A DNA stretch of 18,722 nt from Bdellovibrio sp. (lineage in GTDB: Bacteria; Bdellovibrionota; Bdellovibrionia; Bdellovibrionales; Bdellovibrionaceae), in contig JBKCUU010000043.1 in NCBI GenBank assembly GCA_046318155.1, positions 1 through 18,722 on the forward strand, written 5' to 3'. Each line of letters begins with the position of its first letter. Positions within the stretch are counted from its first letter, which is position 1. Below are positions 1 through 8,894 of the stretch, piece by piece. Under the pieces are notes generated by a model that made no database searches, was not told the DNA's origin, and worked only from the letters and a program-made list of their open reading frames with translations. Both the position numbers and the translations under genes were made by a program.

Positions 1-56
1 CCATTTAGGTCGATAATTCCTGTCAAAACATTTCTGAAAATAAATTTTCTTTTTTT

Positions 57-86
57 TTGACAGACCGGCGATGGGTCATGCATATT
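57..86 (+). promoter_or_regulatory. Putative sigma70 promoter of the S10 operon
   Basis: Perfect -35 TTGACA at 57-62, 18-nt spacer, -10-like CATATT at 81-86; preceded by an AT-rich UP-element-like tract (about 37-56). Confidence 0.6.
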
Positions 87-252
87 CCCGGACTTGCAAC
101 ATCAGGGAGTCCTGATCAGCCAACAAGACTGCTGTCAGATCAAATATAACATGATCTGAAACGGGTTTTGGTGGAGACAGAATTCTTTTGCTCTGAGTGC
201 AAAGTGTGTTAGGACCTGGGGACTTTTCCCCAATGAAACGAAAGAGATAGTT

Positions 253-570
253 ATGCAAAGCCAGAAAATCCGGATTCGTCTGAAAGCTTTCGACCACAAA
301 CTCTTGGATCAATCGACTAAAGAAATCGTCGAAACTGCTCGCCGTACTGGCGCGCGTGTTGCTGGTCCGATTCCGCTTCCCACACGAATCAATCGTTTTA
401 CAGTTTTGCGCTCTCCTCACGTTGATAAAAAATCTCGTGAGCAGTTCGAAATCCGAACTCACAAGCGCATGCTTGATATCCTCGAGCCCACTCAGCAAAC
501 AGTTGATCAGTTGATGAAACTCGATCTTTCTGCGGGTGTTGATGTAGAGATTAAACTTTCGGCCGTTTAA
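253..570 (+). CDS. rpsJ: 30S ribosomal protein S10 (uS10/NusE)
   Basis: [15 protein letters not shown]...GPIPLPT...[20 protein letters not shown]; first gene of the S10 cluster. Confidence 0.99.
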   Translation: MQSQKIRIRLKAFDHKLLDQSTKEIVETARRTGARVAGPIPLPTRINRFTVLRSPHVDKKSREQFEIRTHKRMLDILEPTQQTVDQLMKLDLSAGVDVEIKLSAV

Positions 571-587
571 GAGCCGAAAGATTTTTT
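556..587 (+). terminator. Terminator-like hairpin overlapping the rpsJ stop codon (possible attenuator)
   Basis: CTTTCGGC (556-563) / GCCGAAAG (573-580) perfect 8-bp stem, 9-nt loop containing the TAA stop, followed by ATTTTTT (581-587). Confidence 0.5.
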
Positions 588-615
588 ACGATCCGTCAAG
601 GATCAGGAGACGAAA

Positions 616-1290
616 ATGTCTGAACAAAATGCCACCGATGCCGCAGCAGCATCCTCTGGCGAGCTGAAGTTGGCGGGACTCTATGCCTTTAAAGAGGGTA
701 TGGCGACCGTCTACAACGAACAAGGTGAGGCCGTCCCGGTGACGATCCTTCGTTATGAGCCTTGGTTTGTTTCTCAGATTAAGACTGAGCAAACAGACGG
801 TTACTCCGCTCTCCAGGTTGCTTGCCGACCTAAGAAAGCCAAAAACACAAATAAAGCTGAAAAAGCTCATTTGTCTGGCGCTGGTTTCGAAAACGGAGCT
901 CAATACGTCCGCGAAATTCGTCAAGACGTTCCCGCTGAGGCAAAAGTGGGATCACGTGTTTCCATCGAATCATTATCCAAAGGCGACTCTGTTAAAATCA
1001 CTGGCAAGTCAAAAGGCCATGGTTTTCAAGGTTCAATCCGCCGTTGGAACTTTGCGGGTGGTCCCGCGTCTCATGGATCTAAATTTCACCGCCGTCCTGG
1101 ATCGAGCGGTAACCGTACTTGGCCTGGCCGAGTGATGCCTGGAAAGAAATTCCCCGGTCACTGGGGTGATGAGACCATCACGGTTAAAAATGTTGTGATC
1201 GTTGACGTTCTTCCCACAGAAGGTGTTGTCATGGTCAAGGGCCCCGTTCCCGGAGCTCGTAACTCTCTTGTCAAATTGGTTCGGGGGTAA
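616..1290 (+). CDS. rplC: 50S ribosomal protein L3 (uL3)
   Basis: VPVTIL, DGYSALQV, GKSKGHGFQGSIRRWNFAGGPASHGS...RRPGS...GRVMPGKKFPGHWG, KGPVPG; SD AGGAG at 605-609. Confidence 0.99.
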   Translation: MSEQNATDAAAASSGELKLAGLYAFKEGMATVYNEQGEAVPVTILRYEPWFVSQIKTEQTDGYSALQVACRPKKAKNTNKAEKAHLSGAGFENGAQYVREIRQDVPAEAKVGSRVSIESLSKGDSVKITGKSKGHGFQGSIRRWNFAGGPASHGSKFHRRPGSSGNRTWPGRVMPGKKFPGHWGDETITVKNVVIVDVLPTEGVVMVKGPVPGARNSLVKLVRG

Positions 1291-1292
1291 TC

Positions 1293-1916
1293 ATGGCAAC
1301 AGCTAATGTCCTCAACTGGAAAAAAGAAAAAGTCGGAACGATTGACCTTGCTCCTGAAGTTTTCGATATCGAAGTTAAAAAAGATATTCTCCACGAAGTC
1401 GTGAACTGGCAGTTGGCTTGTCGTCGTCAAGGGACAGCGATGGTGAAAACTCGCAGTCTCGTCAGCGGTGGCGGTAAAAAGCCCTTCAAGCAAAAAGGAA
1501 CTGGTAGTGCCCGGCAAGGTTCGACTCGTTCTCCTTTGATGCCCGGTGGAGCGAAATTGTTTGGTCCCGTGCCTCGCACGTACGATTACGCACTTCCAAA
1601 AAAAGTTCGTAAGCTCGGCATGCGTATGGCGTTGTCTTACTTGGCAAAAGAAGGCCGTCTTTTCATCGTTGATGCGATGACTTCTGAAGGTAAAACTTCT
1701 GAGTTGCAATCGCGCCTCGAAGCTTTCGGTCTTTCTAAAGCAGTCATGATTGATGGCAAAACTAACGATATGATGAAGCGTGCATCGCGAAATCTTCCCA
1801 CTTACAAGTTTTACTCTGTAGATGGCCTGAATGTTTTCGATTTGTTGAAGTACGACGCCGCAATCATCAGCAAGGACTCGGTGGCAAAAATTGTCGACCG
1901 TTGTCAGGCGGAGTAA
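1293..1916 (+). CDS. rplD: 50S ribosomal protein L4 (uL4)
   Basis: RRQGTAMVKTRSLVSGGGKKPFKQKGTGSARQGSTRSP...GG...FGPVPR; synteny. Confidence 0.99.
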   Translation: MATANVLNWKKEKVGTIDLAPEVFDIEVKKDILHEVVNWQLACRRQGTAMVKTRSLVSGGGKKPFKQKGTGSARQGSTRSPLMPGGAKLFGPVPRTYDYALPKKVRKLGMRMALSYLAKEGRLFIVDAMTSEGKTSELQSRLEAFGLSKAVMIDGKTNDMMKRASRNLPTYKFYSVDGLNVFDLLKYDAAIISKDSVAKIVDRCQAE

Positions 1917-1919
1917 GCT

Positions 1920-2198
1920 ATGAAACACATCATCAAACGTCCTTTGATCACTGAGAAAAACACTATCCACAATGCTGGTGGCGTGTATGTTTTCGAAGTT
2001 GATATGAAAGCAGACAAAAATCAGATCAAGTTCGAAGTCGAAAAAAACTTTAAAGTCAAAGTTGATTCTGTTCGAACCTCAATCTGCCGCGGTCGTGGTA
2101 AAGCCAACAAATTCGGCATGGGTGCAGTTCCTCGTTGGAAAAAAGCCCTGGTGAAGCTGACAGCGGGCGAAAAAATCGCCTTGTTTGAGGGAGCATAA
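1920..2198 (+). CDS. rplW: 50S ribosomal protein L23 (uL23)
   Basis: [10 protein letters not shown]...YVFEV...ADKNQIK...FKVKVDSV...WKKALVKL; synteny. Confidence 0.98.
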   Translation: MKHIIKRPLITEKNTIHNAGGVYVFEVDMKADKNQIKFEVEKNFKVKVDSVRTSICRGRGKANKFGMGAVPRWKKALVKLTAGEKIALFEGA

Positions 2199-2200
2199 AC

Positions 2201-3019
2201 ATGGGAATCAAGCAATTTAGCGCTCGATCTCACGCAAGCCGAGGCATGACTGGCTTCGACTTCAAAGAGATCACGAAAACGACTCCTGAAAAATCATTAA
2301 CTGAGTCTCTTAAGCGTGTATCAGCTCGTGGAAATCATGGGATGATCACAATGCGCCACCAAGGTGGAGGACACAAGCGTCGCTACCGTTTGATTGATTT
2401 CAAACGAACTAAAGTCGACGTTCCAGCTAAAGTTTTGGCAATCGAGTACGATCCAAACCGAACGGCACGCATCGCTTTGATTGGTTATGTTGATGGTTTG
2501 AAGGCTTACATCATTGCGCCCGTGGGTTTGAACGTCGGCGACGCGGTTATTTCTTCTGAAAAAGCCGATATCAAACCTGGAAACGCTCTTCCTTTGGGAT
2601 TCATTCCTGTCGGTACGACAATTCATAACGTCGAAGTTCGTCCCGGAAAAGGCGCTCAGCTTGCTCGTGGCGCGGGAGCTGGTGCAGTTCTGGTCGCAAA
2701 AGAAGGCGAGTACTGCCAAGTACGCTTGCCCTCTGGTGAGGTAAAGTTCATCTTGTCAGTTTGTAAAGCATCTATCGGCCAAGTCGGCAATCTCGACAAC
2801 GAAAACATAAAGCTTGGAAAAGCGGGACGTTCACGTTGGAGAGGGATTCGTCCCAGTGTTCGCGGTATGCATATGAATCCCGTTGATCATCCCCTCGGTG
2901 GTGGTGAAGGCGTGGGTAAGGGTCACCATCCAGTGACACCTTGGGGTCAGCCTTGTAAGGGCTTTAAGACTCGTCAAAATAAGCGAACTGACTGGTCTAT
3001 CGTCAAGAGACGTAAATAA
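2201..3019 (+). CDS. rplB: 50S ribosomal protein L2 (uL2)
   Basis: [59 protein letters not shown]. Confidence 0.99.
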   Translation: MGIKQFSARSHASRGMTGFDFKEITKTTPEKSLTESLKRVSARGNHGMITMRHQGGGHKRRYRLIDFKRTKVDVPAKVLAIEYDPNRTARIALIGYVDGLKAYIIAPVGLNVGDAVISSEKADIKPGNALPLGFIPVGTTIHNVEVRPGKGAQLARGAGAGAVLVAKEGEYCQVRLPSGEVKFILSVCKASIGQVGNLDNENIKLGKAGRSRWRGIRPSVRGMHMNPVDHPLGGGEGVGKGHHPVTPWGQPCKGFKTRQNKRTDWSIVKRRK

Positions 3020-3029
3020 GGAGTGAGTT

Positions 3030-3329
3030 GTGGCACGTTCAGTTAAAAAAGGCCCGTTTATCGACAGTCATCTTCAAAAGAAGATCAATAATGCAATTTC
3101 AAAAAACGATAAAAAGGTCATCAAAACTTGGTCACGTCGATCGACGATTCTTCCCGAGTCGATTGGTTTGACGTTTGCTGTTCACAATGGACGTAAATTT
3201 ATCCCCGTGTATGTCACCGAGAACATGATCGGTCACAAATACGGAGAATTTGCACCCACTCGAACCTTCAACGGGCACGGCGGCGAGAAAAAAGCTGCTC
3301 CCTCAGCTGGCGCAGCTGCAAAGAAATAA
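3030..3329 (+). CDS. rpsS: 30S ribosomal protein S19 (uS19)
   Basis: GTG start after [18 protein letters not shown]...[12 protein letters not shown]...AVHNGRKF...[13 protein letters not shown]. Confidence 0.99.
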   Translation: MARSVKKGPFIDSHLQKKINNAISKNDKKVIKTWSRRSTILPESIGLTFAVHNGRKFIPVYVTENMIGHKYGEFAPTRTFNGHGGEKKAAPSAGAAAKK

Positions 3330-3339
3330 GGAGTAAGTC

Positions 3340-3672
3340 GTGGAAGTAAAAGCGAGCTTACAAAATGCTAGAGTCGGAGCTCAGAAGGCACGCTTAGTTG
3401 TCGATCTGGTCCGTGGTAAAGATGTCAGCCAGGCGATCAAGACCCTGACCTTCTTAAATAAGAAGTCAGCCTTGATGGTGAAAAAATTGGTCGAATCGGC
3501 AGTTGCTAATGCCGATTACAAGAAAACGATCGATTTGGATAAACTGTTTGTTAAAACTATCTGGGTTGATGAAGGCCCTGTCTTGAAACGTTTCCGTCCT
3601 CGCGCCCAAGGCCGAGCATCGGGCGTCCGTAAGCGCACAAGCCACATCAACGTCGTTTTGGATGAGAGGTAA
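3340..3672 (+). CDS. rplV: 50S ribosomal protein L22 (uL22)
   Basis: GTG start after TAAGGAG; QKARLVVDLVRGK...SAVANA...VDEGPVLKRFRPRAQGRA...KRTSHINVVL. Confidence 0.99.
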   Translation: MEVKASLQNARVGAQKARLVVDLVRGKDVSQAIKTLTFLNKKSALMVKKLVESAVANADYKKTIDLDKLFVKTIWVDEGPVLKRFRPRAQGRASGVRKRTSHINVVLDER

Positions 3673-3675
3673 GAA

Positions 3676-4341
3676 GTGGGACAAAAGGTAAATCCAATTG
3701 GATTTCGAGTTGGTGTCATCCGCACATGGGATTCTCGTTGGTATGCTAAGGGCCAACAGTACACAGAGAATCTTCATGAAGATTTGCGCCTCCGTAAGTA
3801 CTTGAAAGACAAACTCAAGCACGCCGGCGTTGCAAAAATCGAGATGGAGCGCGCAGCCAAAAAAATCAAAATTATCATTTCAACAGCTCGTCCTGGTGTT
3901 GTGATCGGTAAGAAAGGAACAGGCATCGACTCTCTGAAGGCAGAAGTCCAGAAGCTGACTCCAAACGAAGTTTTCTTGAGCATTCAAGAAGTTCGCAAAC
4001 CCGATATCGACGCTCAGTTAGTTGCTGAGAACATTGCTCTTCAGCTTGAGAAGCGTATATCTTGGCGCCGAGCTATGAAGAAGTCGATCGCTGCAGCTAT
4101 TAAAGGCGGCGTTCGTGGTATTAAAATTCGCGTTTCTGGCCGTCTTGACGGCGCAGAGATCGCTCGCTCTGAGTGGTACAATGAGAAGAGTGTTCCTCTT
4201 CACACACTTCGTGCTGACATCGATTTCGGAACTGCTGAGTCTCTCACAGCTTACGGAATCATTGGTTTGAAAGTTTGGATCTACAAAGGCGATATCTTGT
4301 CTGCTCGTGAAGTAGAGGAGGCTGGCCGTGTTAAGTCCTAA
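3676..4341 (+). CDS. rpsC: 30S ribosomal protein S3 (uS3)
   Basis: GTG start; [12 protein letters not shown]...[11 protein letters not shown] (KH domain)...[13 protein letters not shown]...[11 protein letters not shown]. Confidence 0.99.
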   Translation: MGQKVNPIGFRVGVIRTWDSRWYAKGQQYTENLHEDLRLRKYLKDKLKHAGVAKIEMERAAKKIKIIISTARPGVVIGKKGTGIDSLKAEVQKLTPNEVFLSIQEVRKPDIDAQLVAENIALQLEKRISWRRAMKKSIAAAIKGGVRGIKIRVSGRLDGAEIARSEWYNEKSVPLHTLRADIDFGTAESLTAYGIIGLKVWIYKGDILSAREVEEAGRVKS

Positions 4342-4735
4342 GCGTGTAAAACACAGAAAAGTATTCGTTGGACGAGCGAGTGGATTCGCTCGCCGCGGCA
4401 GTGATCTGGCTTTCGGCGATTTCGCTCTTCAGGCAACCGAAGAGATGCGCATGACAGCTCGCCAACTTGAGGCTGCTCGTATTGCGATCGCTCGCTCGAT
4501 CAAACGTGGTGGAAAAATCTGGTGCCGAGTGTACCCCGATACTCCCGTAACAAAGAAGCCTGCCGAGACTCGAATGGGTTCTGGAAAAGGTAATCCTGAG
4601 TTGTGGGTTGCTCGTATTCAACCAGGTAAGATTTTATTTGAAATGAACGGTGTCACAAAAGAACAAGCTCAAGAAGCTTTCTTGCGTGCAGCTCACAAGC
4701 TTCCGTTTAAAACTCGTTTCCTGGCTCGGGAGTAA
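4328..4735 (+). CDS. rplP: 50S ribosomal protein L16 (uL16)
   Basis: GTG start, 14-nt overlap with rps[11 protein letters not shown]...RQLEAARIA...KRGGKIW...[14 protein letters not shown]. Confidence 0.99.
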   Translation: MLSPKRVKHRKVFVGRASGFARRGSDLAFGDFALQATEEMRMTARQLEAARIAIARSIKRGGKIWCRVYPDTPVTKKPAETRMGSGKGNPELWVARIQPGKILFEMNGVTKEQAQEAFLRAAHKLPFKTRFLARE

Positions 4736-4739
4736 GCTT

Positions 4740-4931
4740 ATGAAATACCAGGATGTTAAAGACCTCTCTGCTACAGAGATGAAGAAGAAGAAAAAAGCCC
4801 TGACCCAAGACATCTTCGAGGCAAAGATGAAGAATTCTTTGGGTCAGTTGTCAAACCCGCTCGAGATCCGAGGATTGCGCCGTGATTTGGCCCGTCTGAA
4901 CACGGCTCTCGTGCAGAAAGTTGTACGGTAA
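4740..4931 (+). CDS. rpmC: 50S ribosomal protein L29 (uL29)
   Basis: Start moved to ATG 4740 (63 aa, [10 protein letters not shown]...[21 protein letters not shown]); lies between rplP and rpsQ. Confidence 0.96.
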   Translation: MKYQDVKDLSATEMKKKKKALTQDIFEAKMKNSLGQLSNPLEIRGLRRDLARLNTALVQKVVR

Positions 4932-4936
4932 CACTT

Positions 4937-5209
4937 ATGACAGAAGCACAAAATACTCGCGGTCGTCGTGTTGAAGTTGTTGGTGAAGTTGTGAGCGACA
5001 AAATGGATAAAACCATTTCCGTTCTGGTTTACCGACTGATTCGTCACGCAAAATACGGAAAGTACATGAAGCGTACCTCCGTATTTAAAGCGCACGACGA
5101 AAAAGGCACTGCTAAAATTGGTGATATCGTGCGCATCAAGGAAACCCGTCCCTTGAGCAAAACGAAACGTTTTGCCTTGGTCGAAGTTGTTGAGTCGGCG
5201 AAAGCTTAA
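4937..5209 (+). CDS. rpsQ: 30S ribosomal protein S17 (uS17)
   Basis: [14 protein letters not shown]...HAKYGK...KAHDE...[18 protein letters not shown]. Confidence 0.99.
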   Translation: MTEAQNTRGRRVEVVGEVVSDKMDKTISVLVYRLIRHAKYGKYMKRTSVFKAHDEKGTAKIGDIVRIKETRPLSKTKRFALVEVVESAKA

Positions 5210-5220
5210 GGGAGGGAAGT

Positions 5221-5589
5221 ATGATTCAAATGCAGACTCGCCTTAACGTTGCAGACAACTCGGGCGCAAAAGAAGTCATGTGTATAAAGGTTCTTGGCGG
5301 CTCAAAGCGTCGCTACGCCTCGATCGGCGATGTTATCGTTGTTTCGATTAAAGAAGCCTTGCCGAATGCTAAAGTGAAAAAGGGAGACGTAGCGAAAGCC
5401 GTGGTCGTCCGCACGATTCACAAGCTTCGCCGTCCAGATGGTAGCTATATCCGCTTTGACGATAACTCAGCGGTCCTGATTAATGCCAATAAAGAGCCGA
5501 TTGGAACTCGTATCTTTGGACCCGTTGCACGTGAATTGCGTGCAAAGTCGTTCGTCAAGATCGTTTCTCTCGCTCCTGAAGTGCTGTGA
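5221..5589 (+). CDS. rplN: 50S ribosomal protein L14 (uL14)
   Basis: [33 protein letters not shown]...[13 protein letters not shown]...[10 protein letters not shown]. Confidence 0.99.
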   Translation: MIQMQTRLNVADNSGAKEVMCIKVLGGSKRRYASIGDVIVVSIKEALPNAKVKKGDVAKAVVVRTIHKLRRPDGSYIRFDDNSAVLINANKEPIGTRIFGPVARELRAKSFVKIVSLAPEVL

Positions 5590-5599
5590 GGATAAGACA

Positions 5600-6139
5600 A
5601 TGAATCGTTTGCAGGAAAAATATAATAAAGAGCTAATCCCCGCACTGAAGAAGTCGCTGGGCAAAAGCAACGTCATGGAGCTTCCGCGCCTTGATAAGAT
5701 TGTGATTTCGGTTTGTACCAGCGAAGCCGTTCAGAACCAAAAAGTTTTGAACACTGTTGTTGACGAAATTTCGTCTATCACCGGGCAAAAAGCCGTTATG
5801 ACGAAGTCAAAGAAAGCCATTTCAAACTTCAAATTGCGTGAAGGTTTGGCAATCGGCGTTCGCGTCACTCTCCGTCGTGAGCGCATGTGGGCATTCCTCG
5901 ATCGTTTGCAAACTCTGGCTTTGCCCCGAGTTCGTGACTTCCGTGGCCTTCCCAGCAAAGGCTTTGATGGACGTGGCAACTACAACATGGGTTTAAAAGA
6001 GCAGATCGTATTCCCTGAGATCAACTACGACCGTGTTGATAAAGTTCGTGGAATGAACATCACAATCTGTACAACTGGTAAGAACGATGCTGAAGGACGA
6101 GCTTTGCTCGAAGCCCTTGGCATGCCGTTTCGTAAATAA
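5600..6139 (+). CDS. rplE: 50S ribosomal protein L5 (uL5)
   Basis: Start moved to ATG 5600 (179 aa, MNRLQEKYNKE...ITGQKAV...FKLREG...LPRVRDFRG...FDGRGNY...GMPFRK); SD GAGGA overlaps the rplN stop. Confidence 0.99.
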   Translation: MNRLQEKYNKELIPALKKSLGKSNVMELPRLDKIVISVCTSEAVQNQKVLNTVVDEISSITGQKAVMTKSKKAISNFKLREGLAIGVRVTLRRERMWAFLDRLQTLALPRVRDFRGLPSKGFDGRGNYNMGLKEQIVFPEINYDRVDKVRGMNITICTTGKNDAEGRALLEALGMPFRK

Positions 6140-6152
6140 GGTGAGGTGACTC

Positions 6153-6458
6153 TTGGCTCGTAAAGCAAGTGTTGAAAAGAACAATCGTCGAAAAGCAATT
6201 GCAACAAAGTACATTAAGTACCGAGATGAGTTGCGCGCGAGTGCCATTGATATGAAAGCTTCTGATGAGGACCGCGCAGTGGCTCGTCGCAAGCTCCAAG
6301 ATCTGCCTCGAGATACAACAATGACTCGCGTTCGCAGCCGCTGTGTGCTGACCGGTCGCCCTCGTGGAAACTATCGCAAATTTGGACTTTGCCGAAATGC
6401 TTTCCGTAAATTGGCTTTGGAAGGTCGTCTTCCAGGTGTCACGAAAGCAAGCTGGTAA
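6153..6458 (+). CDS. rpsN: 30S ribosomal protein S14 (uS14), long Zn-independent type
   Basis: TTG start after GAGGTGA; 101 aa; [39 protein letters not shown] with only 2 of the 4 zinc-ribbon Cys. Confidence 0.98.
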   Translation: MARKASVEKNNRRKAIATKYIKYRDELRASAIDMKASDEDRAVARRKLQDLPRDTTMTRVRSRCVLTGRPRGNYRKFGLCRNAFRKLALEGRLPGVTKASW

Positions 6459-6467
6459 GGAGAAGCT

Positions 6468-6857
6468 ATGGATACAATTTCAGAATTTTTGACAAGAATC
6501 CGTAACGCTGGCGCAGCCAAGCACGAGAAAGTCGATGTTCCTGCGTCGAAGGTTCGCGCCGGTATCGCTGAAATCCTTGCAAGCGAAGGTCTCATCCGCA
6601 GTTTCAAAATTGCGAAAGACAGTAAACAAGGTGTTATGCGCGTTTACTTGAAATACGACCAAGAAGGATTGCACGCGATCAATACGATCCAACGTGTAAG
6701 CCGACCTGGACGCCGTGTTTACGTTAAATCAACAGAAATCCCCGTTGTTCGCTCGGGCCTCGGAATGTCGATCATCAGCACCAGTCAAGGTATGATGAGC
6801 GATAAAGAAGCTCAGCAAAAGAATCTCGGCGGCGAACTCGTTTGCAAACTTTGGTAG
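6468..6857 (+). CDS. rpsH: 30S ribosomal protein S8 (uS8)
   Basis: DTISEFLTRIRNA...RVSRPGRRVY...GLGMSIISTSQGMM...GGELVCKLW. Confidence 0.99.
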   Translation: MDTISEFLTRIRNAGAAKHEKVDVPASKVRAGIAEILASEGLIRSFKIAKDSKQGVMRVYLKYDQEGLHAINTIQRVSRPGRRVYVKSTEIPVVRSGLGMSIISTSQGMMSDKEAQQKNLGGELVCKLW

Positions 6858-6864
6858 GTAAATC

Positions 6865-7407
6865 ATGTCACGTATTGGTAGATCACCGGTCTTTTTTGAC
6901 GATAAAGTGCAAGTGACAGTGACTCCTAAAAATGAAGTCATTGTAAAGGGTGGTAAGCACTCTTTGGCCATCCAAATGCGCCCCGAGATTGCTGCCGCGT
7001 TAGATGGTAAAAAAGTAGTGTTGACTCGAAAGAACGAAACAAAAGAAGCCCGTTCGTTGCACGGTATGTACCGCGCATTGATTCAGAACGCGGTGACTGG
7101 GGTTGGTAAGGGGTTCACGCGCACTCTCGAGTTGCACGGGGTCGGTTACCGCGCCAACGTTTCGGGCAAAAAACTCGAAATGTCTCTGGGCTTTTCGCAC
7201 CCCATCGTGTTTGAAATTCCCGACGGTATTGAGATTAAAGTTGATAAACAAACGAACATCGCAGTGAACGGGGCTGATCGTGGTTTGGTTGGACAAGTTG
7301 CAGCAAAAATTCGCAGCTTCCGTCCCCCTGAGCCTTACCTTGGAAAAGGTGTTCGCTATGCAGATGAGAAACTCCGACGCAAAGCCGGGAAGTCGGCTGG
7401 TAAATAA
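6865..7407 (+). CDS. rplF: 50S ribosomal protein L6 (uL6)
   Basis: MSRIGRSPV...GVGYRA...LGFSHP...VGQVAAKIRSFRPPEPYLGKGVRY...RKAGK. Confidence 0.99.
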   Translation: MSRIGRSPVFFDDKVQVTVTPKNEVIVKGGKHSLAIQMRPEIAAALDGKKVVLTRKNETKEARSLHGMYRALIQNAVTGVGKGFTRTLELHGVGYRANVSGKKLEMSLGFSHPIVFEIPDGIEIKVDKQTNIAVNGADRGLVGQVAAKIRSFRPPEPYLGKGVRYADEKLRRKAGKSAGK

Positions 7408-7419
7408 TAGAGGTGCGGT

Positions 7420-7788
7420 ATGAAGTTAAAATTTAGAAAACATACGAGCGCCAAAACTGTTGCTCGCTTGACCAAAAAAATCCGTATCCGCAAGAAGGTG
7501 AACGGCACTGACGAGCGTCCTCGTTTGTGTGTTTTTCGCAGCGGGAAACACATGTACGCCCAAGTCGTTGACGACGTCAGAGGGCACACAGTCTTGTCGG
7601 CTTCTTCGTTGACGATAGAAACTGACAAGTCTGGGAAAGACTTGGCGTTCGTCGTTGGCCAAGAAATTGCGAGACTTGCGATTGCAAAAAACATTAAGAG
7701 CGTTGTGTTTGATCGCAACGGTTTCATTTATCACGGCCGCGTAAAGGCTTTGGCAGATGGGGCTCGTGAAGCCGGACTCAGCTTCTAA
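7420..7788 (+). CDS. rplR: 50S ribosomal protein L18 (uL18)
   Basis: [24 protein letters not shown]...[28 protein letters not shown]. Confidence 0.99.
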   Translation: MKLKFRKHTSAKTVARLTKKIRIRKKVNGTDERPRLCVFRSGKHMYAQVVDDVRGHTVLSASSLTIETDKSGKDLAFVVGQEIARLAIAKNIKSVVFDRNGFIYHGRVKALADGAREAGLSF

Positions 7789-7798
7789 GGAGATGGCA

Positions 7799-8266
7799 GT
7801 GGAAAATAAACCTGTATCAGAATACGAAGAGCGAGTTGTTGCGATTAACCGCGTAACAAAAGTCGTTAAGGGCGGTCGCCGTTTTTCTTTCGCAGCACTC
7901 GTTGTTGTCGGAAACAAAACTGGTGAAGTTGGATTCGGCACTGGCAAAGCTGGTGAAGTTCCAGAAGCCATCGGAAAAGCAAGCCGTGGCGCTAAAAAAG
8001 GTCTTAAAGCGATGAACCTCAAAGAGGGAACAATTCCTCACGAAGTGATCGGAACTTTTGGCGCTGCGAAAGTGATCATGAAGCCTGCAACTCCAGGAAC
8101 TGGCGTTATCGCGGGTGGTGCGGTTCGCGCTGTTCTCGAGTCTGTTGGTGTTCGCGACATTTTGACAAAATGTGTTGGTACTCGTAACCCGCACAATGCG
8201 GTTCGAGCAACTTTGGACGGTTTGAACCAACTCAAACTCAAATCTCGCACGGCGAGCAAGGAGTAG
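7799..8266 (+). CDS. rpsE: 30S ribosomal protein S5 (uS5)
   Basis: [29 protein letters not shown]...[18 protein letters not shown] 7799 preferred as start because it lies 6 nt after AAGGAG (as for rpsS and rplV), while ATG 7793 abuts the SD. Confidence 0.97.
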   Translation: MENKPVSEYEERVVAINRVTKVVKGGRRFSFAALVVVGNKTGEVGFGTGKAGEVPEAIGKASRGAKKGLKAMNLKEGTIPHEVIGTFGAAKVIMKPATPGTGVIAGGAVRAVLESVGVRDILTKCVGTRNPHNAVRATLDGLNQLKLKSRTASKE

Positions 8267-8270
8267 GAAT

Positions 8271-8456
8271 ATGGCCAAGACATTTGTAATTACTCAAAAG
8301 CGATCAACGATTGGCTGCACGAAATCTCAGCGTTTGACGATGGAAGCTCTTGGCCTCCGAGGCATCCGCAAGTCCGTGACAAAAGCTGACAACGCAGCCA
8401 ATCGCGGACAGATCACGAAAGTTCAACACTTGGTTGATGTAAAGGTTGAGGGTTAG
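8271..8456 (+). CDS. rpmD: 50S ribosomal protein L30 (uL30)
   Basis: ITQKRSTIG...[11 protein letters not shown]...[12 protein letters not shown]; between rpsE and rplO. Confidence 0.97.
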   Translation: MAKTFVITQKRSTIGCTKSQRLTMEALGLRGIRKSVTKADNAANRGQITKVQHLVDVKVEG

Positions 8457-8457
8457 T

Positions 8458-8892
8458 ATGAGCCTCTTGTCATCTTTAGCCCCTAAAGCGGGTTCGAAAC
8501 ATTATATTAAACGTCTTGGTCGCGGACGCGGTTCAGGATTGGGACAAACTTCGGGTAAAGGTCACAAGGGTCAATTGGCTCGAACTGGCGGCAAGGTGCG
8601 GCGTGGTTTCGAGGGTGGTCAGAGCCCCTTGTCTCGTCGGACTCCTAAGTTTGGTTTTAGCAATAAGAACTTCGAGACGGTTTACGCAGTTGTTAACTTG
8701 GCGCAGCTCAACAAGCTAACAGGCGAAATTACTCCTGAGTCTCTGAAAAAAGCTGGTCTTGTACATCACTTTCCGGTCAAAATTTTGGCCAAAGGTAAAT
8801 TAGATAAAGCATTGACGGTCAAAGCACACAAATTTAGCGAAACAGCAAAGAAAGCCATCGAACAAGCGGGTGGTAAAACTGAGGTGATTTAA
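8458..8892 (+). CDS. rplO: 50S ribosomal protein L15 (uL15)
   Basis: Start moved to ATG 8458; [27 protein letters not shown]...[18 protein letters not shown]. Confidence 0.98.
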   Translation: MSLLSSLAPKAGSKHYIKRLGRGRGSGLGQTSGKGHKGQLARTGGKVRRGFEGGQSPLSRRTPKFGFSNKNFETVYAVVNLAQLNKLTGEITPESLKKAGLVHHFPVKILAKGKLDKALTVKAHKFSETAKKAIEQAGGKTEVI

Positions 8893-8894
8893 GA

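Noticed and set aside
5483..5599. 39-codon N-terminal extension of the rplE ORF as a hidden or fused L24
   Set aside because: It is an alternative frame of the rplN 3' end with no KOW/L24 motif; the rplE start with an SD is at 5600
5590..5700. E. coli-type S8-binding regulatory helix at the rplE start
   Set aside because: I could not identify a convincing helix by eye; a covariance-model search would be needed
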